Origin: Euglena gracilis
Lineage: Eukaryota
Assembly: GCA_039621445.1 (NCBI GenBank)
Contig: CP154954.1
Location: 27,144,123-27,208,122, forward strand
Direction: 5' to 3'
DNA length: 64,000 bases
Shown: one piece after another, positions 1 through 13,135 of the stretch
Layout of the letters: each line of letters begins with the position of its first letter
How positions within the stretch are numbered: position 1 is the stretch's first letter
The notes under the pieces: generated by a model
What the model was told of the DNA's origin: nothing
The model's input: the letters and a program-made list of their open reading frames with translations, nothing else
Database searches by the model: none
Translations under genes and position numbers: made by a program

Positions 1-738
1 TATCTGCAATGCCACGCCACTTTGCATTTCACCAAATTCCGGCGATCACGAGGGTATTTCTGGCTGTGTCAATCGTCCAAGTACAAACTCACCCCTCAAT
101 CGAAAGCTCTTTTCATCAGACGACTGGCGATCACCACCAAATTCAGCCACGCTGCCTGGATCTCTTATTTTCTGTCACTGGGAAATCCTAATTTCACAAC
201 TCTGGTGCCCCTTGGACCCCTCAGGTGTTCGATTCGAAGAGAAAAAACGTTTCTGTAAGGTTTATTCAGCATCTCAAACCAAAAATAACTGAAAATTACC
301 ACAAATTTCGACTAAGATTCTGGCCGATCCGACGATCGCGAGCGTATCTCGGGCTGCGTGCAATGTTAGGGTACCAAGTTACCCCTCGATCGAAAGCTCT
401 TTTCAACAGACGACCAGAGGTGCTCATCAGATCTTTCCACGCTGCACGGTACTCTATATCCAAATCTGAGCCAATTTTCACCAAATTTGGATATCCACCC
501 CAGTGGTCCCTAGATGGAAAAATTCATTGTCCTAGATGGTTGAAACAGTCATACCAGCACCTTAGGGCCACTTTTGGGCACTTTTGGTGACATTTTTAGG
601 AATGTAAACCGGACGCCGGGCTTTGGACAAAACCGGCGTTCCTAACGCCGGGCTTTAGGACAGAACCGGCGTCCGGAAAACCCGTGGGGGGGACGCCGGT
701 TCTGTCCTGAACCCGGCGTCTCAAACGCCGGTTTAAAG
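1..738 (-). mobile_element. Partial non-autonomous repeat, inverted homolog of ~13665-14356 and ~28810-29500
   Basis: Reverse-complement similarity, internal duplicated gaaagctcttttca module, gacgccgg subterminal repeats. Confidence 0.75.
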
Positions 739-1779
739 CTTTTCTCAGCACAGGCCAGAGTGCAGAAGCCCCCCCCCCCTTCCAACACCATTTTTACAAC
801 CCTGGCCTGCCAGCACCCTTAATCCCAGATGTGGCACTGGCATCACCATCATTCCTCCACTGTGCTTTTATGCTTGCATTCTCTTTTGACTCACAAAATC
901 CCCCCCAAAGAGGGGAAAATTCAGCAAAAAACCCCCACCCACTAACACATGAGGATCATGAATCCCAGCCAGAGACAGCTACAAATGAAAAGAAGCCAGA
1001 TGCAGCCCAACAAAGGTCAACACCACTCCCCAACATCCCCCTGGAAGAGGGGGGGGCAGGCCACATTTCGAATTTTTAAAACTCCAACAAGCCCACCATG
1101 TTTGATGGCACACAGTGGGCAAAACTGGGCACAGTGATCCTGCAGGAAGAACCTTCCCCCTGTCATTGGGAAGACGCCCCACAGACAACATACTTCCCAG
1201 CCTCCTCAACCAACACCCCCCTGGAAGGGGTCCCAGTTAGGGGTAAGGTAACGGACCTGAAAATTCACACAAATTCACCCTTTTTGCGTAAGATTTCAGA
1301 GGCCATTTTCCAGCAAGTTTCAGTAAGGATTCAGAGTTTTTTGTCTGGGTGGGTTCCGGCTCACTTCTGAGCCTGGCGCCCTCACGGTGGTTAATATTCT
1401 ACACCCCAGAATCGTGATGACCCTTATCCCGGTATTAATGCTAAAGGCTAATGGGTTTGCGGCCTACAATTTTTTCAAAAACCGCCTCACGAAGGGGGTG
1501 GAGCTTATTCAAAACCCCAAAATGCCCAACACCCAAAACGCAGGGGGTGTCGTCCCCGTGACCCCCCCTGTGACCCCCCCCCGTGACCCCCCCGTGACCC
1601 GGATTTGAACACCCCCCGATTTTGGGGTCCGCAAACGCACGTGCTTCAATCACAACTGCTTTCAGTATTTTTTTTTCAAATGTCGCGGAAGCCGGAAACA
1701 CTGAAGAGGAGGCCACTCCCCCCCCGTGCCCCCCCCCCCCCGTGACCCCCCCCGTGACCCCCCCGTGACCCGGCCCACC

Positions 1780-2870
1780 CCCGCAGAACACAACCCAAAA
1801 AAAAACCAGAACAGTCCAAAGCCCCAAAACACAGCCCAAAACCCAGATCACAACCAAACCAAAAACCCAAAACCCCAGAACACACCCAAACTAAAAATCC
1901 AGCCGAAAAACCCAGAAAACGGGCCAAAAACCTGGATGACAGCCCAGAAACCCAGAACACAGCCCAAAAACCCAGAACACAGCCCAAAAACCCACCCACA
2001 GCCTGAAAACCCAAAACACAACCAAAAACCCAGGTGGAAGCCAAAAAACCATCACGCCCCCCAGAAAACCCAGCACAACCCAAAACAGCCAAAAAGCCAG
2101 AACACACCCAAAAAACCAAAAACACAGCCCCAAAACCCAGAACACAGGCCTAAAACCTGGATGACAGCCCAGAAGCCAACAACACCAGCTCAAACTGGCC
2201 CAACATGCGGAAATTGGCCCCAAGATGTGGCACCAAACTGGTTTTTAAAACTGCCACCCACTCCTCTCGATTCTCAGAATACACTGTACAGAATTCACTT
2301 AAACCAGTTTCAAAAACCAATCACTGCAAAATCAATCCACAGGACAGGAAAAAAATGGCTTTTAAATCTAATCTTGAGTCAAATGACATGGCATGATACA
2401 AAGCAAACAAACACAAACCAGGTGTTCACAGCTTAATCCGGAACCTGAACACAGGGTTTTTCCACAGGGTAACCCAGAACCTGCTTTAAAAATATTGGGA
2501 CCTGCTTTAAAGACATTGGGATGGACATGATGAACATCTGTACACCACAGGGGGATGAGGTGTCCAGGTCATCCAACAGCCGCGTAGACCTCATCCATGT
2601 ACCAAAAACCTGTGAAGAGAACGAGGTGAAAAACCACTCGCAGAATGCCACAGACCTTTGGACGGAGGTGACAACCAGACATGTCGAAACTCTGTGTTCC
2701 AGTACGTCAGTAATATCTTGAGACACTAAACATAATGAGAACCTTGAGTTTCGCACAGGCAACTCACTTTGAAGTGTTCCTGTAAGGGGAAATAGAACAA
2801 CAACAACACAATCAATTGGTGTGTTGAGTCATACCAGAAAGGAGGTTTTTTTTTGAGGGAAGATGGGCAC
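1780..2870 (+). repeat. Dispersed repeat with aaaacccagaacacagccc minisatellite; second copy ~7430-8830 carries an insertion
   Basis: Direct similarity 2187-2850 vs 8158-8830. Confidence 0.8.
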
Positions 2871-2948
2871 CCAGCAACAACGGTGGTGGGGCGTCCACCG
2901 ACCAGTGGCACAGCCTACTGGATTTTTGTGTTCGGGGGTGTGAGGCTA

Positions 2949-3327
2949 CCCTCACCCCCCCCTAATTGCCCCCCCCCCCTAATTGGCCAATTGGGGGGTC
3001 CTTAAGGGAGGTCCATTAGCCAATTAGGGGGGGGGGTAGCCCAATTGGCCAATGGACGTTCCCTTGGCCAACTTTGGCCAATTTCGGCAAGGGCTCAGAA
3101 AACCTCCAAAAACGTCCGTTTCGAAAATGTTAAAAATTGCCGGATAAGAAAAAGTCATGACAAATCCAAAAATGCACAAAAAATCGACCAATTTTGCACA
3201 CGTCAAAAATTATGGGGTCGGGGTCCTCGAGCCCCCCCCCCCCCCCCTAATTGCCCCCCCCCCCTAATTGGCTAATTGGGGGTCTGAAGGAGCCCGGCCA
3301 TTAGCCAAATAGGGGGGGGGGTGAGGG
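2949..3327. mobile_element. MITE, TA TSD (Tc1/mariner type); relatives at ~14788-15107 and ~17490-17720
   Basis: TA|ccctcaccccccccta ... tagggggggggtgaggg|TA. Confidence 0.75.
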
Positions 3328-3419
3328 TATATACAGAGGATCAGACAATCTTTTTTGGGGGGGGCAAGGAGGGGCGGCGGAATGGCGGAGGTTTGGAGAA
3401 GTGCGGAGAAACAAGGATC

Positions 3420-4535
3420 AGCGGTGCTGGTGCGCGTGTCCGGGGTCAGGAGAGTTAGGGATGGTGAGTGGCGCCAATTCATGGTCGGCATTGTTATGCA
3501 ATACGGGTTTGCTGATGCACATGGGGAATAAAGGGAAATTCCCCCGTGATGTGTGCTGTTGTCGTGGCGTAGTTAAGACCACGGAGTGGTTCTTGGTTGT
3601 TCCAAGGGGCATTCTTTGGACATCATGACATGGTCCCGATTCGCTGCCCCCTTGGTTGTGCGTGGCGGGCCGTTTCCGGGCCTCCGCTAGTTCAGGAAGT
3701 ACCGCCGGAGGCGGAGGGGTTGCTTCGGGACAGTGGAGCCCGAAGGGGTAGCTCATGTGCTGACTGCACCGCCCCGTGTCGCCGAACAATGTTGTTCCGG
3801 TGGCAACAAACGAGGTGATGGCCTCTTGCGTCCAAGGGGTTGTGGCACCGAGGGCACCCGGGACAGGCATTTGAAGGCGAAACAACCGGAGCACCCATGG
3901 ACCATTGCATCAGGGCCTGGAATTCGCTTGTTGGTATGAGCGTCCTTGTGGAGGCTGACGGCGTAACGGAGGCTCAAGCCATAGCATATGGCTTCATCTG
4001 ACATGCCATTTTCAGTTTATCGCTACCCGTGAGTGAGTTGTACAGAGCTTGCTGTCGGGCCTTTGCACACTGTTGCCCCCAGAATTTCTGTGCCGTCATT
4101 TCTCGGTCCTCAACAGAGGCCTTTGCAATCGGTGGGAGCTCACATAGGCCCTTGATGGCCTCCACCTGGACGGTAAATTCCGAAGGTAGGGGGTTCATCC
4201 CACAGATGGGTGGTAAGTCGAGGACGCGGTCGCCGCGAACAAGAAAGTCGCCCACCTGGCGGTCGGGCACTCCGTGGTAGGGCCCCGGATGCCCAACCCA
4301 CCCAACTGGACAGGCAAGGTGGCCTGGCGCCACTGGTCCTCTTCCAGCGGCCGACCGACAATGATGCTGGCGGTATTCCGCAGGGTTTTGCTTAGCAGCG
4401 TGCACTGCATGGTTGCAAGGCCAATTGGAGTAGTCCAATTGGCCAATTGGAGTAGTCCTCAACAGGTCGTTAACCTTGCGTGCGTCCAGACACAGCCTTA
4501 AAATAGTGAACTGGATTGGCAAGAGAATTGGCTCG
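3420..4535 (-). pseudogene. Post-RT region, zinc finger and restriction-like endonuclease remnant (frameshifted)
   Basis: QFTILRLC..KVNDLLRT, QATLPVQLGGLGIR, CPRC....ARGHHLVCC.....RRH, KRPA across several frames. Confidence 0.8.
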
Positions 4536-4989
4536 CCAGCTGGCTTGGGGGGCAGTGGCGGAGCCATCAAGCGACGTGGATCTCACTACCCACACCCCAT
4601 ATGCCACGGAGTCAAATAGGGTCAGGGCGAACACCATGTAAACACCTGTGGCCGCTTATGCCAAGCCAAGGCAGCATACACCGGCCACCAAGGGCCGGTA
4701 TTATCGGCTCTGTCCCGTAGAGACAACATGGTAAACACACCTGAGAGAACGCCGAAAGGTCGGACGAACCCGAAACCTCCATTGAGCACACCGGGGAACA
4801 GCCTGCCCCCATCAATGCCACGCCTGCTCCCTGCCACCTCACCCCCCCGGACCCTGGCCCCTACATGTCCGATTCCGGGTTCACCTGACCACCTTACCCC
4901 TGAACCATGGGCACAGCCCATCTGTACATCACCTCACCTCGGAACCTGTCAAATCCAGTAGGCTGTGCCACTGGTCGGTGGATTCGGCT

Positions 4990-5720
4990 CGCCCCACCAC
5001 CGGGTCGATTGTTACCTCCTTGCCGTGCCTTGCCTGCCGTGCGAAAGTTTACCCAAGATGGGATGCCCGGGAAGTTTGGGGTGGGTTGTCCTGACGCCTG
5101 TGGCCTGATCGGAATGCGCCTCCAACACCTCGTGACCAGCCTCCATCATGGAGGCTATGGTGACTGGGGAGTCTTGCAATTGGACTTCAGGAACGCATTC
5201 AACCGGATCCGGAGGGATAACCTTCTCGAAGCAGCACGGGAACGATGTCCAGAAATGGTGACGTGGTTGGAGACCTGTTATGCAGAACACTCGAGCCTCT
5301 TCTTGAGCGACACATCCCTCCGAAGCCAGTCGGGGGTTCAGCAAGGCGATCCTTGTGGACCGGCTGCCTTTGCCATGGCAATTCAAAGTCTGGTGGAGGA
5401 AATCCATGGCGTTTGCGGATGGCAGGCCTGGTACCTGGACGATGCCCACATCATGGGGACTACACGCCAGCTGGAGGAGGTTGTACATTTGGTCCTTGAA
5501 AAGGGACCACCCATTGGTGTTGACCTGAATATCAACAAATGCACCCTTTGGGGGCCCTTCCAACCCGACCGTTTTCTCTTCCTGGAGGGGACAAGTGTAT
5601 TGCAACGCATCCCTGTAACTCCATACATTCCTGGTTCCGGAATCAAGTCCCTCGGGGTTCCAATTTGCCATCCGGAGGACGGGACATTTGCCGAACGTGG
5701 GTTTGGGCGGTGCGAAGAAG
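4990..5720 (+). pseudogene. Reverse transcriptase core (CRE-like)
   Basis: FGVG, LQLDFRNAFN, GVQQGDP, AWYLDD (5432-5443), GVDLNINKC, LGVPI motifs. Confidence 0.9.
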
Positions 5721-6509
5721 CCCGGGTGGGGTTGGCGTGGCGAAAGGGTCCTGGAGGGGGGGGGGTGCGCGAAGGTCTTCCGAATTTTTTTTTTCCCGGT
5801 TTGGAGGCTAGGCACGCCGCTCGGAGGGTCCGGGACCCCCCCCCCCCGCGCCGCGCGGCCCCGCGTCCGCTCGCCCCCCCCTCTCTCCCCTCTCCACCCC
5901 CCTCCCCCCAATTGTGCCTAGCATGCCCAAGAAAAAGCATTTTTTGAGCAAAAATGGCCCGAAAATGGCCAAAAATGACCACTTTTTTGACCCGAAAATA
6001 GGCCGCGTGCCGCCCGCGCGGCCGCCCTCGGACCCCCCCCACCCCCCGCGGCGCCCAGTCTCCAAGTTTGTCTCGCCTCCTGTTAAAAATTTACTAGTGC
6101 TAGGGACATTTTTGCCAGTGGCAAAAGCTTTGAAAAAAAATTGACTGCACATTCTTGGTCATTTTTACGGTCTTTTTGGTCATCTTTGCCAAAAAAAAGA
6201 TGACAAAATATGTTTGCAGTCCCGATCATAGTCCCGATCCCCATTCAGTGAATTCTTGCCCATTGTCCAGCAATCTCATTTCATTCATAAGGGCATCGGC
6301 GTTTTGTGTATCGTGGTCCATTTTTAACATGAGCGTCAAAAAATGAAACAACACCAACAACTTTTCTTCGGCGCCTTCGGCGCCAAATTCCTTTGGTTTT
6401 CCTTGTTCAGGTTATTTCAAAAAAACATTTTTAATTTTTTCTGTCTTTCAGGGGTGAAACCCGAAAAGGTGGGAAGTGTACGAATACAGGGGGGGGGGCT
6501 CCCTACAGG

Positions 6510-7170
6510 ACTCTGTGAAGAGTGCTGCAAACAAAGAGCCGTTACAATAGCCAGTGTACCTGGTAGTTCGTCCAGGTAATAAAGGTGCTCACTGCGCCCC
6601 ACCTCGAAGTGGGAGGGGGCATTGTCGGCCACAAGAATGACAGACACAGGGTGCCGCACACTTTACGTTTTCGGGTGGCTGGAAAAAGGCTGGCTGGACC
6701 CCCCACAACTTTTTTTGTCTTTTTTGTCTGTCCAGGGGTCTTAAAACGAAGCCCGCACATGGTTTTTTGAAGGAAACCACCATTTTTCACAAAAAAAATC
6801 TCTTTTCCCTGAAGCCCAAAATGCTCGATTGAAAGTTTACGGTTTGGGACACCCTGATTGGGACTGGGAGGCTCAGTTCTGTGACGTCTTTCTTTTATCA
6901 CGTCCATCACCTTCCTTAGTGACCTCATCCAAGATAGGGCCGGCGGGTAAGGTAACAGACCTGAAAATTCACGAAAATTCACCCTTTTTGCGTAAGATTT
7001 CAGAGCCTATTTTTCGGCCACTTTCATTAAGTTTTCTGATGGTGCCGCTGATGTCAATCCTGCTTGGCGAAAGGTCGTTCAGGCTGTATTGCAGAAGTAA
7101 GGTGAACGTCCCTCTATTCTTGTCCGAAAACACATTGGTTCTTCAGGAAGAACTGCTTTTCTCAGGCCTG
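6510..7170 (-). pseudogene. Tc1/mariner-pogo DDE transposase remnant broken by insertions
   Basis: VILVADNAPSH (second catalytic Asp motif, Asp at 6624-6626) and upstream SDKNRGTFTLLL. Confidence 0.6.
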
Positions 7171-9614
7171 AATTTGGGCTGCCTAACCCGCCCCACTGCC
7201 CCAAGGGGGGGGGGGTGGCTTGCCCCGAGCTGGGGCCGGCTGGATTGAAATCAAAAAATTGACCAAAAATGACTTGAAGAACACAGTTTGGTTTAAATAA
7301 AATTGTCTGAAACCGCTGTAAAAAACATGCCCCAAACACCCCCAAAACACCATTTTTGGCCCTTTTCGGACCCTTTTTTCCGGTGTCCCCCTTTTTAAGG
7401 GTCTTGTTTTTAAAAAAAAGTTCAGGAGAAAAACCCAGAACAGTCAAAAACCCTAGGACAGCTCAAAACCCCAGAACACACCCAAACCAAAAACCCAGAA
7501 CACACCAAAAAACCAAAAACCCAGCCCAAAAAACCAGAATACGGGCCGAAACCTAGATGACAGCCGAGAAACCCAGAAAACAGCCCAAAAACCCAAACCA
7601 CAGCCCGAAAACCCAAAACACAACCTAAACCCCAGATGGAAGCCAAAAAACCATCACGCCCCCCAGAAAACTCAACCCAACCCAAAACCCCAGAACACAG
7701 CCCAAAAAGCCATAATTCACCCAAAAACCCCAAAACACAGCCCAAAAACCCAGAACATTTGCCAAAAACCTGGATGACAGCCCAAAAGCCCACAACACAG
7801 GAGCGTTGGCAGGGGGGGGAGGGGGGTCCCGAGGTCAGTTTTTTTTGCAATTTTGGCACTTTTTGCTTTTGCATTTTTGGCACTTTTTGCTGTACTGTCT
7901 CAACATAGGGGGGGTCCTGGGGGCCCAACTATACTGCCAACCCCCCCTCAGAAATCGGCCAAAAACCCGGCGCCAAAGGCGCCAGAAAAAAATTTTAGGG
8001 CCTTTTTTTGGTCTAAAAAGGCCATTTTTGGTGTCAAAATTTTCATCTGTCTCGGGGGGGGGGTCGGCACTAGGGGGGGGGTCCCGAAAATCCCAACTGT
8101 ACAGGGGGGGAGGGGGGAGGGTCCCCAAAAAACCCCAACTGTACTGCCGTCGCCACACAGCTCAAACTGGTCCAAGATGGGAAAATTGGCCCAAGGTGTG
8201 GCCCCCTCCTGAACACGTTTTCAGGCTGAAATCTGGGCTCAGCCACAATTTGTGTGTAAAAACTGCCACTCACCCCGCTCGATTCTCAGACTACACTGTG
8301 CAGATTTCACTTAAAACCAGTTTCAGAAACCAAGGACTGAAAATGAATCCACAGGAAAATGGTTTTTTCCAATCTGATCTTGAGTCAAGACATGGCATTA
8401 TACAAAACAAACAAACACAAACTAGGTGTTCACAGCTTAATTCGGAACCTGAAGACAGGGTTTTTCCACAGGGTAACCCAGAACCTGCTTCAAAAATAGA
8501 CATTGGGATGGACATGATGAACATCTGTACACCTGTGGAGAAGGTGTCCAGGTCATCCAGCAGACCTCATTCATGAGCCACAAACCTGTGAAGAGAACGA
8601 GGTGAAAAACCGTTTGCAGAATGTCACAGACCTTTGGACGGTGGTGACAGCCAGACATGTTGACTCTGTGTGGCTGTTCTTGTACATTAGTAATATCTTG
8701 AGACACTAAACATAATGAAATCCTTGAGTTTCACACAGCCAACTCACTTGAAGTGTTCGTGTAAGGTGGGGAATAGAACAACACACATCAATTGGTGCGC
8801 TGAGTCATACCAGAAAGGAGGTGGCCTACTTTTTTTTTTTGATGCTCAACATACAACAGTGGCGGCCTGGGAGGATCACTCCGAGCCGAAGTGCTGTAGG
8901 GTGAGAGTAATGTACATCGCGGCGAGAGGGGAGTCTTGGTGTGCGTACGGGGTAAGGGATGCGCCCCATGGGGAGCGTGTGAAGCGTGAGATGCATAGGG
9001 TACGGAGTGAGCAAGAGAACAAGGAGTACAGCGGAAAGGAATGTTCAATGGTGCGGCTGCAGGGACAGAAGAGAGTTGTGGAAGTGGTGGCGAGTTTAGG
9101 GATAAGAGAGTTGGTCCGGGGGAAGGCTTTGCTTTTGGTGAGGTAAGGACTTTGGTGTCTTTGTGGGCTTGGTCTGTTCGTTGCGGGGTGTGATTTGCTT
9201 CTGTTGTTTGGTTTATTTGGTCATGTTGTTGGCTATGTGTATGGTTGGTGAGTTGTGGTGTCTTCTGCCCTCTGTCGTTTCTTTGTTGGCGTCATTGCTT
9301 GCCAGGCCATGGGCAATGCATTGCCCATCCGATCAGTCGCTTGTTCCTTCGGAGCTCCACCCTCCCAGAGGGCTGGTTGCACTCCTGGGCTGGAACCTTT
9401 CCGTGACACTCGGTTCAGGGCCGGGCTATTCAAGGCCCGAAGGCACCCAGAGTAGTCAGGTCGGGCTAGTCAAGGCCCCATGGGCACCCGAACGCGTGGT
9501 GTGAGGTTTGCTCGGCCCCCAGGGCGCCCCACACCACACGACGCTCCTGACTGCTGCTCCTGCCGACCCCTCACCGTGGTGGTGTGGAGATGGGCTCGTC
9601 GAGGCCGAGGATTG

Positions 9615-9991
9615 CCATGCCCCCCCCTTTGCTGTTCCCCCCCCCTGCTGTTCCCATTGGGGTGACGGGAACAGTACAGTGTCATAGCACTTTTTGTAAA
9701 GGATTCTTGGAACACAAGGTTAAAAAGGGATTTTTTTGGTCGGTTTTGGGTGCTTTCCATCCCACCAAATCCAACCTAATGCCAAAATGGATGTTGTGAA
9801 ACCAAAAAAGCTTCATTTTGGCATTTTAGGTCGCCTTTTGGGTCTAACTTGGTTGGTTGGTTCATGGCCCATGGGAACAGTAAGAGGGGGGGGAGCTTGT
9901 CCCCCCCCCCCTTACTGTCCCCCCCCCCCTTACTGTTCCCATGGACCCAAAAGGCGTCCACGTGACGGGAACAGTAAGGGGGGGGACATGG
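9615..9991. mobile_element. MITE, TA TSD (copy 24703-25080)
   Basis: ccatg-Cn-..ctgttccc / gggaacagtaa-Gn-acatgg; TA on both sides in copy 2. Confidence 0.75.
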
Positions 9992-10339
9992 TACACCCGC
10001 GCGGTGCTGGCATCCATCCTCCTCCTGCCATGTCACCCTCGGGATTCGGAGCTCACCACTTTTCATGGATCGCCTTTGTCCCGAGGCCATGCTCGCCCCA
10101 AGGCGCTCCGACTGCTTCCACAGGGGCTTACATGGGCCTGACTGTACATTGAGCCACCATGCGCAGGTGCCTCCACGGCGACCGCCCTGTGTTTAGGTGA
10201 CCGGCCGGTGACCCAGTCGATAGCGATCCCCGACACCGGTGCGCCACACTCCGGTGCTACCCAAAAGGGGCCAGAGCCCCCGCTGGGCCACCCAGGTTTC
10301 CCCGGGGAGGAACCGACGGTCTGATCCACAGCCCCCCGC

Positions 10340-12210
10340 CGGGGGCTCCCGGATCTGGCCTCGGGGGGGGGGTTGTGGGCCGACCCTAGGGTCGGCCCAC
10401 GGTCGCCAAAGGGGGGTTGGTACACCCCTCCCCCCCCCCCTCTCTGAGGGGCTCGTCACGCCCTTTGCCCCCCCCCCCCCCCCCCCCCCTAGCCGCTAGC
10501 CGGACCCCCTCGCCACGCCACCCAACACATTTTTCATTGTGCAACCATGGTGCACCCTCCCCCCCCACATCCGAGACCCCCTCGCCACACCATTTTCCGG
10601 CCATTCCCCCCCCCTCCCCCCCCCCCTATTCGGACCCCCTCGCCACGGCGTACCAACCCCCCAAAGGTCGCCAAAGGTCGCTATGGTCGACCCCCCCCAG
10701 GCTGTGGAGTGGGTGGCGACCCTAGAAATCCTTGTGGGCCGACCTTAGGGTCGACTTAGGGTCGGCCCACCCCACGACCTCCCCCCCCTGCCACCGCAGG
10801 GTCAGTCGACTTAGGGTCGGCCCACCCAAGGTTGACGGCTTGTTTTTTTTGAAACAAAAAAAACATGTTTTTTTAAAAAAATATGTTTTTTTTAAAAAAA
10901 AACGTCATGGAGGGTTTGGGGGAAAATTTTTTGCAATGTTTTTTTTTGAAAAAAACTTGGCCGGTGATACCTAATTTGACAAAGTATTCAGGTAGATTCC
11001 TAATTTTCAGGCAAAAATTTTGCAAAATTTAGACTGGTGATGCCTAATTTGGTGTCAAAATACTAATTTTAGGTTGGGGGATTCCTAATTTGGAGCCAAA
11101 AAGGATTTCCCCCCCAAAATTCGTTTTCGGTGATTCCTAATTTGCCCACCGAAAATGTGGTGTTCCCCCGTGCCCCCCCCTCCCCCCTGACCCCCCCCCC
11201 CCGTGACCCGAACCACACCCGAAAAATTTTCCTCAAAAAATGGCGATTTCGCAAGGAAAAAGGTCAATTTTTGCTTTTCAAAAAAAAACATGTTTTTTTT
11301 GCGTTTTTTTAAAAAAAACATGTTTTTTTTGTTTTTTTTAAAAAAACAAAAAAACGTCAACCCTGGGCCCACCCCACGACCTCCCCCCCCTCCAAAGAAA
11401 AAAAAGAAAATTTTGGGAACATTGACTTGGGACGCTAGGAATTTGGCAGGTCTGAATTGCTGCCTGCCCAACCGTTTTGGATGGCAAACCCCTTTTGTTG
11501 CCCAACTGTTCGAGGGCCCCTAAATAACAAAATCCCTTGTGTTACCCACCCGTTTTGGGGGGCAAATCCCTTGTGTAACCCAACTGATTTGGGGGGCAAA
11601 TCCCTTTTGTTGCCCAACTATTTGAGGGCCCCAAAATAACAAAATCCCTTGTGTTAGCCATCCGTTTTGGGGGGCAAATCCCTTTTGTTGCCCAACTGTT
11701 CGAGGGCCCCTAAATAGCAAAATCCCTTGTGTTACCCACCCGTTTTGGGGGGCAAATACCTTGTGTAACCCAACTGATTTGGGGGGCAAATCCCTTTTGT
11801 TGCCCAACTGTTCGAGGGCCCCAAAATAACAAAATCCCTTGTGTTACCCACCCAGGGCCCCGAAAGAACAAATTCCCTTCTATGTTGGCAACATACTTGG
11901 GGGCTAAGTTGTTTTTGTGGTTCACTTTGGCGACGTTTGGCGACCGTGGGCCGACCCTAGGGTTGGCCCACTACCCCCCCCCCCCCCAGGCCAGATCCTG
12001 GAATGGGGGGGGGAGGTCGTGGGGTGGGCCGACCCTAAGTCGACCCTAGGGTCGGCCCACGACCCTAAGGCGACCCTAGGGTCGGCCCACTAGGGGGGTT
12101 TCCCAGACGGCTCCTTGGGCGACCTTTGACGACCTTTGGCGACCGTGGGCCGACCCTAGGGTCGGCCCACCACCCCCCCCCCCAGGCCAGATCTACCCCC
12201 CCCCCGCCGG
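10340..12210. mobile_element. Foldback element with long terminal inverted repeats and internal minisatellite (copy ~25430-27355)
   Basis: gatctggcct-Gn-gtgggccgaccctagggtcggcccacggtcgccaaagg mirrored at the right end. Confidence 0.75.
11480..11865 (+). repeat. Composite minisatellite (aaatccctt... units)
   Basis: Alternating 30-45 bp units; ~80 bp longer in copy 2 (~26540-27000). Confidence 0.85.
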
Positions 12211-12654
12211 GTGCATACGAACTTTGACCGTTTTCACCGGCCTTGCCTGTTCACCTTGGGTGCAGCCCCAGTGATCTGGTGCCCAAGGCTAGGCGAGGGC
12301 CGTCGCCCCCATACCACCACCAGGCCACGTACCCCCAGGGTGTAGCGAACGCTGCTGCAAGTGCGCCGCACCCCGAAGGCCGCCCGACCTGATGGCCGAC
12401 TAGCGAGTCCCACGGCACCAGGTTGATTCCTGTTTGCTATCGGGTGCTGCCGTTCCGAAGGCCTCCCATCTTCCGCGCAGCACCCTGAGGACCCTTGCGG
12501 GCCCGCCGCTCGCTGTTACGCCCTTGGTATTGGGCTGCCCAAGCCCTACTCTACGGCTGGGCTACCTACGGTGAAATCGTGATAGATGTTTGAACTTTCA
12601 TCAGCAGGCATCCTGAGGAAACAGAGATCACAACATGGATAAAGAATGTTTAAG

Positions 12655-13135
12655 CACCTTGGCAGACACTGTGATTTTTTTACGCGCCAGATAATCTGTA
12701 CCAACACCACAGACCCTGCCCGGTTGGTAACGGGACAGGCAGTCACTTGCCTCTTGTCACTTTCATCTGTGACATAACGGAGACAGTTTCATGATATTAA
12801 AAAAACTGGCATACTGATGATGTACGTGGCATGAGGTTGCCCTTCCTCCAAGGTGCCACGTGCCTTTACAGCCCTGCCAATGCTCACAGAGGAGGTGGAC
12901 AGATTAAAAAGCATTCCGCCATTGCATTTTGGTGCATTCCTCTTGGGACTGCCCCCCCCCATTGTGTACCTCCCCCCAGGGGTACATAATGGGGGGGGGT
13001 ACATAATGGGGGGGGGATGGTACCTTGGTCTGGACCCATTGAAGAGGAGTTCCAACTCGGTGCCGATGAAACACCCCTTCAGTATGTGCCAGCCCCACCA
13101 GTGCTTAATCTTGCTGCCCCTTGCAAAAAGAATTC
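12655..13135. pseudogene. pogo/Tigger-like DDE transposase remnant, two pieces in opposite orientation
   Basis: - strand DKRQVTACPVTNRAG..VQIIWR(G/V)KKSQCLP (12655-12790); + strand GADETPLQYVP (13040-13135). Confidence 0.65.

Larger units (their letters stand above)
3351..5722. mobile_element. Decayed CRE/SLACS-clade non-LTR retrotransposon with inverted 5' part
   Basis: RT core on +, C-terminal part on -, short A-tail candidate (T6 at 3351-3356). Confidence 0.8.

Noticed and set aside
1726-2436. 236-aa K/N/P/Q-rich ORF
   Set aside because: Translation of a T-poor minisatellite
8870-9350. 143-aa and 113-aa ORFs
   Set aside because: G/T-skewed, no family features, adjacent to the duplication breakpoint; possibly low-quality sequence
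11480-11865. CRISPR-like repeat spacing
   Set aside because: Spacers are themselves repeated, no cas genes, eukaryotic context; it is a minisatellite
12211-12575. Ingi/I-type LINE thumb motif (LRTLAG...GCPSPTLRLGYL)
   Set aside because: Single loose motif with no supporting RT motifs nearby
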